Assembly (NCBI GenBank): GCA_040954595.2
Contig: CM082580.2
Coordinates: 14,088,389-14,152,388, forward strand
Length of the DNA stretch: 64,000 nucleotides
Direction: 5' to 3'
From: Balanoglossus misakiensis
Lineage: Eukaryota > Animalia > Hemichordata
The notes below the pieces were generated by a model. That model did no database searches and was not told where the DNA came from. It worked only from the letters and a program-made list of their open reading frames with translations. Numbering within the stretch: the first letter of the stretch is position 1; the number at the start of each line of letters is the position of its first letter. The translations under genes and the position numbers were made by a program. Of the stretch, positions 27,101 to 40,100 are shown piece by piece.

Positions 27101-30100
27101 TCAGGAAAATCGTCAAAAATCGAAGATTTTTCGACTTTGCGAATTTTCAAAATTTGCTCATTTTTTGAAAAAATCATGGGTTATAGCTCAGGAAAATCGT
27201 CAAAAATCGAAGATTTTTCGACTTTGCGAATTTTCAAAATTTGCTCATTTTTTGAAAAAATCATGGGTTATAGCTCAGGAAAATCGTCAAAAATCGAAGA
27301 TTTTTCGACTTTGCGAATTTTCAAAATTTGCTCATTTTTTGAAAAAATCATGGGTTATAGCTCAGGAAAATCGTCAAAAATCGAAGATTTTTCGACTTTG
27401 CGAATTTTCAAAATTTGCTCATTTGTTGAAAAAATCATGGGTTATAGCTCAGGAAAATCGTCAAAAATCGAAGATTTTTCGACTTTGCGAATTTTCAAAA
27501 TTTGCTCATTTTTTGAAAAAATCATGGGTTATAGCTCAGGAAAATCGTCAAAAATCGAAGATTTTTCGACTTTGCGAATTTTCAAAATTTGCTCATTTTT
27601 TGAAAAAATCGTGGGTTATAGCTCAGGAAAATCGTCAAAAATCGAAGATTTTTCGACTTTGCGAATTTTCAAAATTTGCTCATTTTTTTGAAAACATCAT
27701 GGGTTATAGCTCAGGAAAATCGTCAAAAATCGAAGATTTTTCGACTTTGCGAATTTTCAAAATTTGCTCATTTTTTGAAAACATCATGGGTTATAGCTCA
27801 GGAAAATCGTCAAAAATCGAAGATTTTTCGACTTTGCGAATTTTCAAAATTTGCTCATTTTTTGAAAAAATCATGGGTTATAGCTCAGGAAAATCGTCAA
27901 AAATCGAAGATTTTTCGACTTTGCGAATTTTCAAAATTTGCTCATTTTTTGAAAAAATCATGGGTTATAGCTCAGGAAAATCGTCAAAAATCGAAGATTT
28001 TTCGACTTTGCGAATTTTCAAAATTTGCTCATTTTTTGAAAAAACCATGGGTTATAGCTCAGGAAAATCGTCAAAAATCGAAGATTTTTCGACTTTGCGA
28101 ATTTTCAAAATTTGCTCATTTTTTGAAAAAACCATGGGTTATAGCTCAGGAAAATCGTCAAAAATCGAAGATTTTTCGACTTTGCGAATTTTCAAAATTT
28201 GCTCATTTTTTGAAAAAACCATGGGTTATAGCTCAGGAAAATCGTCAAAAATCGAAGATTTTTCGACTTTGCGAATTTTCAAAATTTGCTCATTTTTTGA
28301 AAAAACCATGGGTTATAGCTCAGGAAAATCGTCAAAAATCGAAGATTTTTCGACTTTGCGAATTTTCAAAATTTGCTCATTTTTTGAAAAAATCATGGGT
28401 TATAGCTCAGGAAAATCGTCAAAAATCGAAGATTTTTCGACTTTGCGAATTTTCAAAATTTGCTCATTTTTTGAAAAAATCATGGGTTATAGCTCAGGAA
28501 AATCGTCAAAAATCGAAGATTTTTCGACTTTGCGAATTTTCAAAATTTGCTCATTTTTTTGAAAACATCATGGGTTATAGCTCAGGAAAATCGTCAAAAA
28601 TCGAAGATTTTTCGACTTTGCGAATTTTCAAAATTTGCTCATTTTTTGAAAAAATCATGGGTTATAGCTCAGGAAAATCGTCAAAAATCGAAGATTTTTC
28701 GACTTTGCGAATTTTCAAAATTTGCTCATTTTTTGAAAAAATCATGGGTTATAGCTCAGGAAAATCGTCAAAAATCGAAGATTTTTCGACTTTGCGAATT
28801 TTCAAAATTTGCTCATTTTTTGAAAAAACCATGGGTTATAGCTCAGGAAAATCGTCAAAAATCGAAGATTTTTCGACTTTGCGAATTTTCAAAATTTCCT
28901 CATTTTTTGAAAAAACCATGGGTTATAGCTCAGGAAAATCGTCAAAAATCGAAGATTTTTCGACTTTGCGAATTTTCAAAATTTCCTCATTTTTTGAAAA
29001 AACCATGGGTTATAGCTCAGGAAAATCGTCAAAAATCGAAGATTTTTCGACTTTGCGAATTTTCAAAATTTGCTCATTTTTTGAAAAAACCATGGGTTAT
29101 AGCTCAGGAAAATCGTCAAAAATCGAAGATTTTTCGACTTTGCGAATTTTCAAAATTTGCTCATTTTTTGAAAAAACCATGGGTTATAGCTCAGGAAAAT
29201 CGTCAAAAATCGAAGATTTTTCGACTTTGCGAATTTTCAAAATTTGCTCATTTTTTGAAAAAACCATGGGTTATAGCTCAGGAAAATCGTCAAAAATCGA
29301 AGATTTTTCGACTTTGCGAATTTTCAAAATTTGGTCATTTTTTGAAAAAATCATGGGTTATAGCTCAGGAAAATCGTCAAAAATCGAAGATTTTTCGACT
29401 TTGCGAATTTTCAAAATTTGCTCATTTTTTGAAAAAACCATGGGTTATAGCTCAGGAAAATCGTCAAAAATCGAAGATTTTTCGACTTTGCGAATTTTCA
29501 AAATTTGCTCATTTTTTGAAAAAACCATGGGTTATAGCTCAGGAAAATCGTCAAAAATCGAAGATTTTTCGACTTTGCAAATTTTCAAAATTTGCTCATT
29601 TTTTGAAAAAATCATGGGTTATAGCTCAGGAAAATCGTCAAAAATCGAAGATTTTTCGACTTTGCGAATTTTCAAAATTTGCTCATTTTTTGAAAAAATC
29701 ATGGGTTATAGCTCAGGAAAATCGTCAAAAATCGAAGATTTTTCGACTTTGCGAATTTTCAAAATTTGCTCATTTTTTGAAAAAATCATGGGTTATAGCT
29801 CAGGAAAATCGTCAAAAATCGAAGATTTTTCGACTTTGCGAATTTTCAAAATTTGCTCATTTTTTGAAAAAATCATGGGTTATAGCTCAGGAAAATCGTC
29901 AAAAATCGAAGATTTTTCGACTTTGCGAATTTTCAAAATTTGCTCATTTTTTTGAAAACATCATGGGTTATAGCTCAGGAAAATCGTCAAAAATCGAAGA
30001 TTTTTCGACTTTGCGAATTTTCAAAATTTGCTCATTTTTTGAAAAAATCATGGGTTATAGCTCAGGAAAATCGTCAAAAATCGAAGATTTTTCGACTTTG

Positions 30101-32266
30101 CGAATTTTCAAAATTTGCTCATTTTTTGAAAAAATCATGGGTTATAGCTCAGGAAAATCGTCAAAAATCGAAGATTTTTCGACTTTGCGAATTTTCAAAA
30201 TTTGCTCATTTTTTGAAAAAACCATGGGTTATAGCTCAGGAAAATCGTCAAAAATCGAAGATTTTTCGAGTTTGCGAATTTTCAAAATTTGCTCATTTTT
30301 TGAAAAAACCATGGGTTATAGCTCAGGAAAATCGTCAAAAATCGAAGATTTTTCGACTTTGCGAATTTTCAAAATTTGCTCATTTTTTGAAAAAACCATG
30401 GGTTATAGCTCAGGAAAATCGTCAAAAATCGAAGATTTTTCGACTTTGCGAATTTTCAAAATTTGCTCATTTTTTGAAAAAACCATGGGTTATAGCTCAG
30501 GAAAATCGTCAAAAATCGAAGATTTTTCGACTTTGCGAATTTTCAAAATTTGCTCATTTTTTGAAAAAACCATGGGTTATAGCTCAGGAAAATCGTCAAA
30601 AATCGAAGATTTTTCGACTTTGCGAATTTTCAAAATTTGCTCATTTTTTGAAAAAACCATGGGTTATAGCTCAGGAAAATCGTCAAAAATCGAAGATTTT
30701 TCGACTTTGCGAATTTTCAAAATTTGCTCATTTTTTGAAAAAACCATGGGTTATAGCTCAGGAAAATCGTCAAAAATCGAAGATTTTTCGACTTTGCGAA
30801 TTTTCAAAATTTGCTCATTTTTTGAAAAAACCATGGGTTATAGCTCAGGAAAATCGTCAAAAATCGAAGATTTTTCGAGTTTGCGAATTTTCAAAATTTG
30901 CTCATTTTTTGAAAAAATCATGGGTTATAGCTCAGGAAAATCGTCAAAAATCGAAGATTTTTCGACTTTGCGAATTTTCAAAATTTGCTCATTTTTTGAA
31001 AAAATCATGGGTTATAGCTCAGGAAAATCGTCAAAAATCGAAGATTTTTCGACTTTGCGAATTTTCAAAATTTGCTCATTTTTTGAAAAAATCATGGGTT
31101 ATAGCTCAGGAAATTTTCGAGTTTGCGAATTTTCAAAATTTGCTCATTTTTTGAAAAAATCATGGGTTATAGCTCAGGAAAATCGTCAAAAATCGAAGAT
31201 TTTTCGAGTTTGCGAATTTTCAAAATTTGGTCATTTTTTGAAAAAATCATGGGTTATAGCTCAGGAAAATCGTCAAAAATCGAAGATTTTTCGAGTTTGC
31301 GAATTTTCAAAATTTGCTCATTTTTTGAAAAAATCATGGGTTATAGCTCAGGAAAATCGTCAAAAATCGAAGATTTTTCGAGTTTGCGAATTTTCAAAAT
31401 TTGCTCATTTTTTGAAAAAATCATGGGTTATAGCTCAGGAAAATCGTCAAAAATCGAAGATTTTTCGAGTTTGCGAATTTTCAAAATTTGCTCATTTTTT
31501 GAAAAAATCATGGGTTATAGCTCAGGAAAATCGTCAAAAATCGAAGATTTTTCGACTTTGCGAATTTTCAAAATTTGCTCATTTTTTGAAATAATCATGG
31601 GTTATAGCTCAGGAAAATCGTCAAAAATCGAAGATTTTTCGACTTTGCGAATTTTCAAAATTTGCTCATTTTTTGAAAAAATCATGGGTTATAGCTCAGG
31701 AAAATCGTCAAAAATCGAAGATTTTTCGACTTTGCGAATTTTCAAAATTTGCTCATTTTTTGAAAAAATCATGGGTTATAGCTCAGGAAAATCGTCAAAA
31801 ATCGAAGATTTTTCGACTTTGCGAATTTTCAAAATTTGCTCATTTTTTGAAAAAATCATGGGTTATAGCTCAGGAAAATCGTCAAAAATCGAAGATTTTT
31901 GGACAATTTTTCGACTTTGCGAATTTTCAAAATTTCGTCGATTTTTGAAAAAAAACCATGGGTTATATATAGCTCAGGAAAATCATCAAAAAATGACAAT
32001 TTTTCGACTTTGCGAATTTTCAAAATTTTCGTGGATTTTAGAAAAAAAACATGGGTTATAGCTCAGGAAAATCATCAAAAAATGACAATTTTTCGACTTT
32101 GCGAAATTTCAAAATTTCGTCGATTTTTGAAAAAAACCATGGGTTATAGCTCAGGAAAATCATCAAAATCGACAAATTCGTGACTTTGAGAAATTCTGTG
32201 ATTTTGTCATTTCTGGACGTTTTTCATGGGTTCTAGCTCATGAAAATCGTCAAAATCGACAAAGTC
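18143..32266 (+). repeat. 87-bp tandem satellite, right arm in opposite orientation (~162 monomers), last ~370 bp diverged
   Basis: Same unit now read on + strand from 18143; monomers degenerate from ~31900 and unique sequence starts ~32267. Confidence 0.99.
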
Positions 32267-32482
32267 TTCACAGTGACCTATATTTTTAATATAGATTTAT
32301 GCAAAACTTCAAACTGCATTACATGTTTGTCAATCATACATGTTGCGGAGACAGGCACATTACACTTTTCTGGAAAAGGCCGAGAAACATGAATGGGTTG
32401 ACAAGCCATGAATAAAACACATGTGAAACTCATTATGGATAAAAAAATCTTGCATGTTAACAAGACCAGTTGCAACTAAATT

Positions 32483-32488
32483 TTTATT
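32483..32488 (-). promoter_or_regulatory. Candidate distal polyadenylation signal (AATAAA) for cadherin A
   Basis: TTTATT on + strand ~850 nt past the stop; other AATAAA copies sit at the stop (33318-33333). AT-rich context makes this weak. Confidence 0.3.
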
Positions 32489-33332
32489 ACCCCTCTTTTT
32501 AAAATTACAACAAACTAGGCAAGAATTGTTTATATTTTTTTAAATATACATTAATGATAATTACAAATAAATATCAATCTCTCATAACTATCTCATTTGT
32601 ATAATACATTAAAACCCTTAAAACAAATCTGTTAATATGACAAAAGGTTTAATTCTTTTCACAAAATTCAAAATTAACCGTTAATCTAAAATTAAAAAAA
32701 AGACAAACTTTTTCTTGAATACTTGAGGCAAGTCTACAAAGCAATGGTTAAAAGAGTATTTGATAAAATTCTTGTGATAAAAGTTTTCAAAAAATATGTT
32801 AAACTTTTTTTGTAATTGTCATAAAAATTACATCAAACGTTACATTAAACCAAAAAATACGTCAGATGTTGACAAATGTGAACCTTCAGAAAAACAATCT
32901 CAAACTTTACAAAAATTAATGAATTGGCAGTATAATCCAACACAAAAAAATGAATTAACTTCTCTTTAAAATACCAACTCTTACAGATAAAATCTGTACC
33001 TAAATAATCTATGCTATTTGCAAGATAACCAGAGCCTCTTGTTTGGCACATGCGCATAAGACAATCTCCTTACTGTAACACTGATGAAAGTAAAATACTA
33101 AAACTCAGTTCTTCATCTTACAACTACATTTTTGCGTTTACATTTAGAAATAAAAGTATATTTAAGTTTGCTTTTCTGCTGTATGAAAGACCAGTAGGAA
33201 TGCCTCCCACTTGTACTCTTTAAGCCGTATATCAAAAGTTCCATTGACTTCATCGCTGAAAATGATAATTGCTCAAATAACTAAATCTGTTGTTTTTTTC
33301 CTAGATTAAAATCGTCTTTATTACCTGTTTAT

Positions 33333-33574
33333 TCAGCCTTCATCTCCACTGTACATATCCGCAAGTTTCTTGAAAGGCTCACCTAAGCCTTTCAAGTAAT
33401 CAAAGTCCTGATCCGATTCTGCTGAGCTGCTGGTGTTGAGAGAACTCAAACTTCCGGTTGAGGAGTCATCGCCTTCATGACTGTACACACGCAGGGTGTC
33501 ATAGGGTGGAGCATCAGGGTCATAATCGGCATCATTCTTCCTGTCTGTCAAGAATGGAGCGATGTCTGGAAGGT
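33333..33574 (-). CDS. Cadherin A exon 21 (beta-catenin-binding domain, stop)
   Basis: [13 protein letters not shown]...GSLSSLN...FKKLADMY; TGA at 33333-33335. Confidence 0.95.
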
Positions 33575-34124
33575 CTGGTGAATTTGAGAGAAGGAAACAC
33601 AGGTTGAGACAATATGACTGGGAATTAAAGAGATCTGAGAATGTGTCCATTAATTGGGGCACCTTTAGGAACAAAAGGCAGGTGACCTTAATAATACACC
33701 TGATTGTTTAACAAAGGATAGTTTAAGAAGAACGAACTATTCATGTACCTGTAGTTTGTGGCACATTCTCTCTTCTGCGAGGCATCTCTTCCACTGGTTT
33801 CCTCGTCATGGGAACGATTCGACTCTCCAGAGCTGGATCAAGAGGTTTCCTCAAGGTGTTGATGTCATAGCCATCATAATCTTCTTCTCCACCGCCCTCA
33901 TCATCGTAGTCGACGGCATTCTCTCGGAGATCATCCTCATCAACATCAAAGACGAGGCCACTCTTTTCCTTCTGAGAACGGCGTTTGTATATTATGACCA
34001 CTAGGATTAAGACTGTAAACAGAGTATCACACATTAAAAGTCCATCAAAGAGTCTTAAAGGTACATATGTATTACATCAAAACAACATCTTGAACCATTA
34101 CTCAGTTGTGTCTGGAATGGACGT

Positions 34125-34176
<52 letters not shown>

Positions 34177-37100
34177 GTGATCCAGCCAACCTGTTAGTCT
34201 GTGTGTGTGCCTGTCTACCTGTGCAGAGGCGGACCAGTGTGTAGACTTACCCAGCAGAACGAAAATGCAGGCGAGAATTGCAAGAAGAGCTGCAAGACTA
34301 AGACCAGCAGCACTGACTTGTTCTCCTGTGTTCAGTTTTACGCACGCACCATCTTGGAACACCCAGCCTGCAGGACAACTGAAAGAGTGAAACAATAAAA
34401 GCATTAGATAGGCTACATAGGATGCTGAGTGTGAATGCTACACAAACATGCAGCAGCAATAACTATAGGCATCCACATCGGATAGTTGACACAGTTATGA
34501 AAAGATACAGAGAAGGCTACTTCTCTTGATAGTACAAGACATATTGTACTGTCACATACCTGCAGTAGAAGTAACTTGGAGTGGACACACACTCCTGGGG
34601 AGGAATACAAGGATCAAAACTACAAATATCACAGCCTTCTTTCACATTCTTGGGATTAGCAATTGTCAGACCACCATCCACTTGTCCATCAAATCCAATG
34701 TACTGGTTACTGATACGGGCATCTTTGGCACAGCCTGCAAACATGATGTACTGCATTTCAGTCCAGACTGAAATTTATCTTAACCATGGACACTGACAAC
34801 TTCAACTGAAAATTACATGCCTACTACCTGTCCTATAGCCATGGGTTTATACTGATTCAATCATGATAATACGTGAACAGTTTGGCTATTCATACATGAA
34901 GTTTTCAGCAGGATTCCTCAACTTTTAACAAAGAAGAACTATAGCCTGCACTCTCACTTGTGAGTGGAGCTGAAATAGTGGTCATTTTTCAAAGAACGTC
35001 TATGTTTCACTCACCTGAGTAATCATCACCCAAAATTGTCATCTCACTCAAGGACACATTGGCGCCAACAAAAGCTGCTTTATGGTCCGGAATAAAATGC
35101 TTGAAGGCGCCTTGGACTTCTTCCACTGTCCTCACACCACCGCCACCGTCAATTTCCAGTCGGAAACTGTTGCCAAAACGGGTGAGTTGGATCGTGTGGT
35201 AGTTACCATCATTGATAGAATAATTGTGAGCAGTTAAGGTGAAATTCCTGTCAGCGTCACCCAAGTTGTAATCGACGACTGCATTGCCCTCCTTCATCTG
35301 CGGAAAAAAAATGAAAAAAATAGAAACAAATAAATTAGGGAAATCGCAACAGGGCCTCAGTCAGTTTAACTTTCACCATAAACTTTGTGTCAACCTGACA
35401 TGTATAACTAAGGCATGAAGAAGACATGACTGTATATATACCTTTAGTGTGATGTACTCTCTACCATTGTTATTTTGCAAATGCATCAAAACTGCATTTT
35501 CCAGCTGTTTGTTTCCCACCATGATTTGATAATTCGATGAATACTCATCTTCGATCAGACTCTGTTCCAGGGTGTAATTGACGAAACTCTGTTTGGCAAA
35601 ATCATATGATGACAATCCTGAAAACAAACAAACATACAGGTTGAAAAGTTGAAAAAAGTTATTGGTAATGATAAAGGTCTCACTGATGTGCTATGCAAGT
35701 CTCCAGGCTGATTGCAGGGTACATGAAAGTAAGTTTTGACCTTCGGTAGTGTACAGAGGGTCATTTTCTGGACATATGACATTGAACATGAACTGACCTT
35801 GATCACATCTTTGTCCACTCCAGCCAGGATCACAGACGCAGTAATGATATGTTGTATTCACTGTCACACATTTGCCGTTTTTACAAACATACTCTCCGTC
35901 AACATAACACAGAACATCAGTCTTGGGACATCCCACCTCTGTATTCTTCTGAACGCCAGGAGTGCCGAGGTCGTAGACTTTACTATCTTGGATAACATTC
36001 CTGATGCATCCCTGGAAATCCCCATCAGAGGCATAGTTGAAACTGCTTGGGTAAGTGTAGCTTGGGTCTTTATCAAGGCCACCAAGTTGCAATGGCGTGT
36101 TGACATTCAGGAACCTGTCAAAAGTAACACCCAATTTGTCAGGTCAAATTCGTCACAAAATATATTACAGATTTCTGATTGATGCTCATTTTTTGGAGTA
36201 AAAGTTCTTGCAAAAATATGAAAAATGACACATATTTGATGAGAAATATTACTATCTCCTCCTGCAAACACACTCTTCTATATTCAAGTGCATTCTCTTT
36301 TGACAAGGGAATTTAAGCGAAGGAAATCGGCAACAGGTTGGAAATTGACACAACACAACAGCATACAACTGAACTGCATAAAGTGAAGTTAAAGGTTAAC
36401 TATAAAGTCTGTTGTTCAGTCAAAACTACTGTATATGTCACACAAAGCAACATCTGAGTTCTCTCGGCAAATAGCACTGCCTGACCTTCCAATGACCAAA
36501 AGCCATTGTTGCTTAATTTGTAGTGTAATTTTATACATACCTATTCTCACCAGAGGTAGTGAAAATGACTTTACAATTCTTGTCATCGATATCGGTAGAT
36601 CCTTCGTTCTCAGTTACAACAGCATTCCTGCAGTTGTCAATTATGAACTCCACACTCTGTCAACAGAAGATAAATTTACACATTTTGTTGTCAATCATAT
36701 CCCCCCAATTTGAGGTTGCATGATTGTAAAACAAGTGACAAGAAAGTCATACTTCGAAACCCTAGTAAAACTATACTTGGATGTTTCATCATAGACCCTG
36801 GAGATCCAAGGTCCTAAATACACACTGCAATGCAGTGTAGTCACAAGTGCATTATGTTTCATGTTCTATTATGGAACAAATTTATAATGCGGGAACAACT
36901 TACTCTGCTTTGACGGATAACTTCTAGTGTATGCCACTTTTCATCATTTAGAGCTGGTGAGTTTTCAATCGTCTGAGGCTGTAATATTCCAGAGCCTAAG
37001 TTGAGATACAGTCTGGGTTTTCCTCCCACAAGCTCGATGGCAATGTAGTCTTCTGGTTGTCCCTGCTCAACAGCAGTTATAGGTCCATTGTAGAGAAGAA

Positions 37101-40100
37101 TACCATTTTGATTTTCTGTCATGAATTCAATGCTGGTTTTGGTGTCCTCGCATTGTGAGAGAGGTGGGTACCACGCGAATGAGTCAGCGCTAAAGCTACG
37201 GGAGGTGTCTTCACAGTTTGTGCCAACATATTTTGCATCGCACTCACATCTATTAAATGTAGAAATTATAAAAATAAATTTCTTCTGCTTTGACGTGAAA
37301 ATTTATACAAATTTAATTGCTACATATGATATTCTAAAATCTGTTTTTTTTTTTATAATGTTAAAGCTAACAAACATCATAATGTTGTAGTAACCAAATA
37401 AGAAAAATCTTAATGTTATGCATCTTATGCCTCAACCCACAAATGACTTTTGATGTCAAACTGAATTACGGACTTACACATAACCAGAGGGTGTGTCTAT
37501 GCATGTTCCTCCATTAAGGCAAGGGTTAGAACTACAAGGTCCTCTAGGAGCCAATTTGGCACCACAGACACACTCAGCTGTTTGGATTGTAGTGACAGAG
37601 ACAAATGCATCTTTGCCGTCATCAATTACAGTTGGATCGGTGATTGCGTTGAAGTAGTTGGTGCAAGAAGATTCACAGATGCCCTCGTCAAGGCATAAAT
37701 CTATTGGTACCATTCCCATGGTGATGTTCAGTTCATTTTCAATCTGCCAAGTATACAATCAGAATTAACAGTGATGGATAAAAGATTCTGTACAAAACTT
37801 GATCATCTCCAAAACTGTCCTGTGCATCACTTGACAATCAGGTAAAATCACAAAAATTAATTATTCAAGGTTGATCAATGCATGCCTGGTATTGAGTAAA
37901 CTCTGTAGTCTCATTATTATACCACTCATAACCTTGTGAAAAAACTATACTACAATTCTAACTATAGTTCTATATCTTGTAGACTTTCTACAGTAAACAA
38001 GATTTTATAGAACTCCATGGAACACACAGAATATTTTCCTCAAGGGCAAGCTGAATACTGTACACTGAAAACCAAATGCTAGCTTTGATAATCAGAGCAG
38101 AAGGGTGAATACTAACCCGTCCCTTGGCCAGAAGTAGCTGAGTGTTCATCTGTTCAGGTCTGTAATACGGAGATCCATGCGCAGACCAGCGTACATCACA
38201 TTGATTCTCTTCATCAGCCACATTGATGACACTGAAAATGTCAATGTTTTCTTTCTTGGCACCCAGTATATCCACCAGTATGTCATGAAACTTCTCTTTT
38301 AAACTTGGGGTTCCTCTAATGAATCTTTCAGCAGAGACAAAGAGTCGTACTGAACCAGAGCTGTAAACTGCCTCTTCAGGAATGTCCTTGACTTCAACGA
38401 TGACAGTACAGACGACAGGATCCCACGGCTGCTCATGAACTTCAACTGTAAACTCGTAGATTCCAGCTTTGGTGTTGGCCTCCATAATTATCTGACCCGT
38501 GTCTTTTTCAACCTGAAATCACACAATTTTTGAAAATATACAAACTATAATATTAACCACAATAATAATTTCTGCAATATAAACAACATTAAAAGAAACA
38601 AGAAACGACCCTTGACATGACAAAGAACCTGTTGATTGACAGCCATACTGGATCATATCATCAAACAAAATCAACTGTAACTGAACACACTTGCACAAAC
38701 AGAAAAAAAACACCAAGCTGCAAGTCAATTCAACAAAGCTTTCAAAATGGACAGATAAGATTGGAATTTCGACATGTGGATGAATTTTACAAAGTTATAA
38801 AAGTTACCCTTTGCGAACTTCACTTTGATAATAAACTAGCCAAGTGCTGACTTACAGAAAACTGAGGAACTCCTGACACTACAGTATACTTAATGTCTTC
38901 ACCCTTTACCGCATCAGCATCATCAGCATACACTTCTCCGATTGCACTGCGAGGAATTTGACCTGAAGAAAAAGAGCAATGTACTGTATCATGTAATCAA
39001 TCTGTTGAAAATCACATTGAGAGTTGGCTCGATCTTTGCATTTGCTGGTTCTTTGATGTTCTGTTCTCGGCTGTCTGCCACAACAGAACAACAAGGAACC
39101 AGCAACTGAAGAGACTGAGCCAATTTTCAAACTTTGTCTTCTCTTTGTTCACCCTCATGTCATGACATCACCTGCCCTTACCAAGACCCAAACCCAATTA
39201 ACAGCATAAAACTGAATGTAAAACGAAGCCACTTCTTTACCTTTGTAACTGTAGACGAGAATATTCTTGGTTGCTGCAGAGGGAGGGTTGTCGTTTTTAT
39301 CACCAATAGTTACTGTCAATGTCTGAGTTGCTGTAATAGAGTCCCTGTCAAAGAGTACGACTGGGATGTAGTAAAATGGTGTTGCTTCTCGGTCAAACTC
39401 CTTCTTGGAAACCACTTGAATCTCTGTTGGGTTGGAAAAGTTGAATATCATAATCACTTACATTCTGAAATGTTTGATTGGGCGATCTTGTTTTATTGCT
39501 CAATGTCAGGAATAAGGATTGGTTCATTTGAGAAAAACCAAGAAAGGCTGACCACTCCATTGATTGGATAATGATGCCAAGTAGCCCTCATGTCCAGAAC
39601 AGAAACTCAAAAAGAAAACTGATTTCATACTTTTGAAATGGGCCAAAATAACAGAATTAACACAAACATAAACCCAACACAAACTTGATCCCCAAATCAT
39701 GCCTTCTCTGTACATGATTTAAAGGCCATAATACTTACGATTCTCCTCTCCAGAATCAGTGACGTCAAACTCAGCATTATTTTCAACTGTGTAAGTGAAA
39801 GGTGGTCCATTCTCCAGAGTATCCCGATCTATGATGTCCACCACTCCAGCTAAATATCCAGCTGCGGTGTTCTCGGGAACCACAAGGCTATAACCAGGTT
39901 TAAACTCTGGAGGATTGTCATTCACATCATATATGCTGATAGTTACTGTTGCAGTGGCTGTGTTGCGTAGTTCACCAGGCTCACCTTGGGGAGCAAAAAA
40001 GGACACAGTCTTGAGTGATAAAAATCACAATAAATATAGAGTTATTGAAATGTGAATTCATTTTAAATGATGTACACTTTGCAAAAATAGACATCTATTT

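Noticed and set aside
496-32183. Very long ORFs (up to 1852 aa) of 29-aa repeats in two frames
   Set aside because: An 87-bp unit (multiple of 3) lacking stops in two frames gives these automatically. Frames swap at homopolymer indels, strand flips with the array, and there is no unique N- or C-terminal domain.
1-32266. CRISPR array or other repeat-spacer system
   Set aside because: No unique spacers, no cas genes, eukaryotic intron-containing context.
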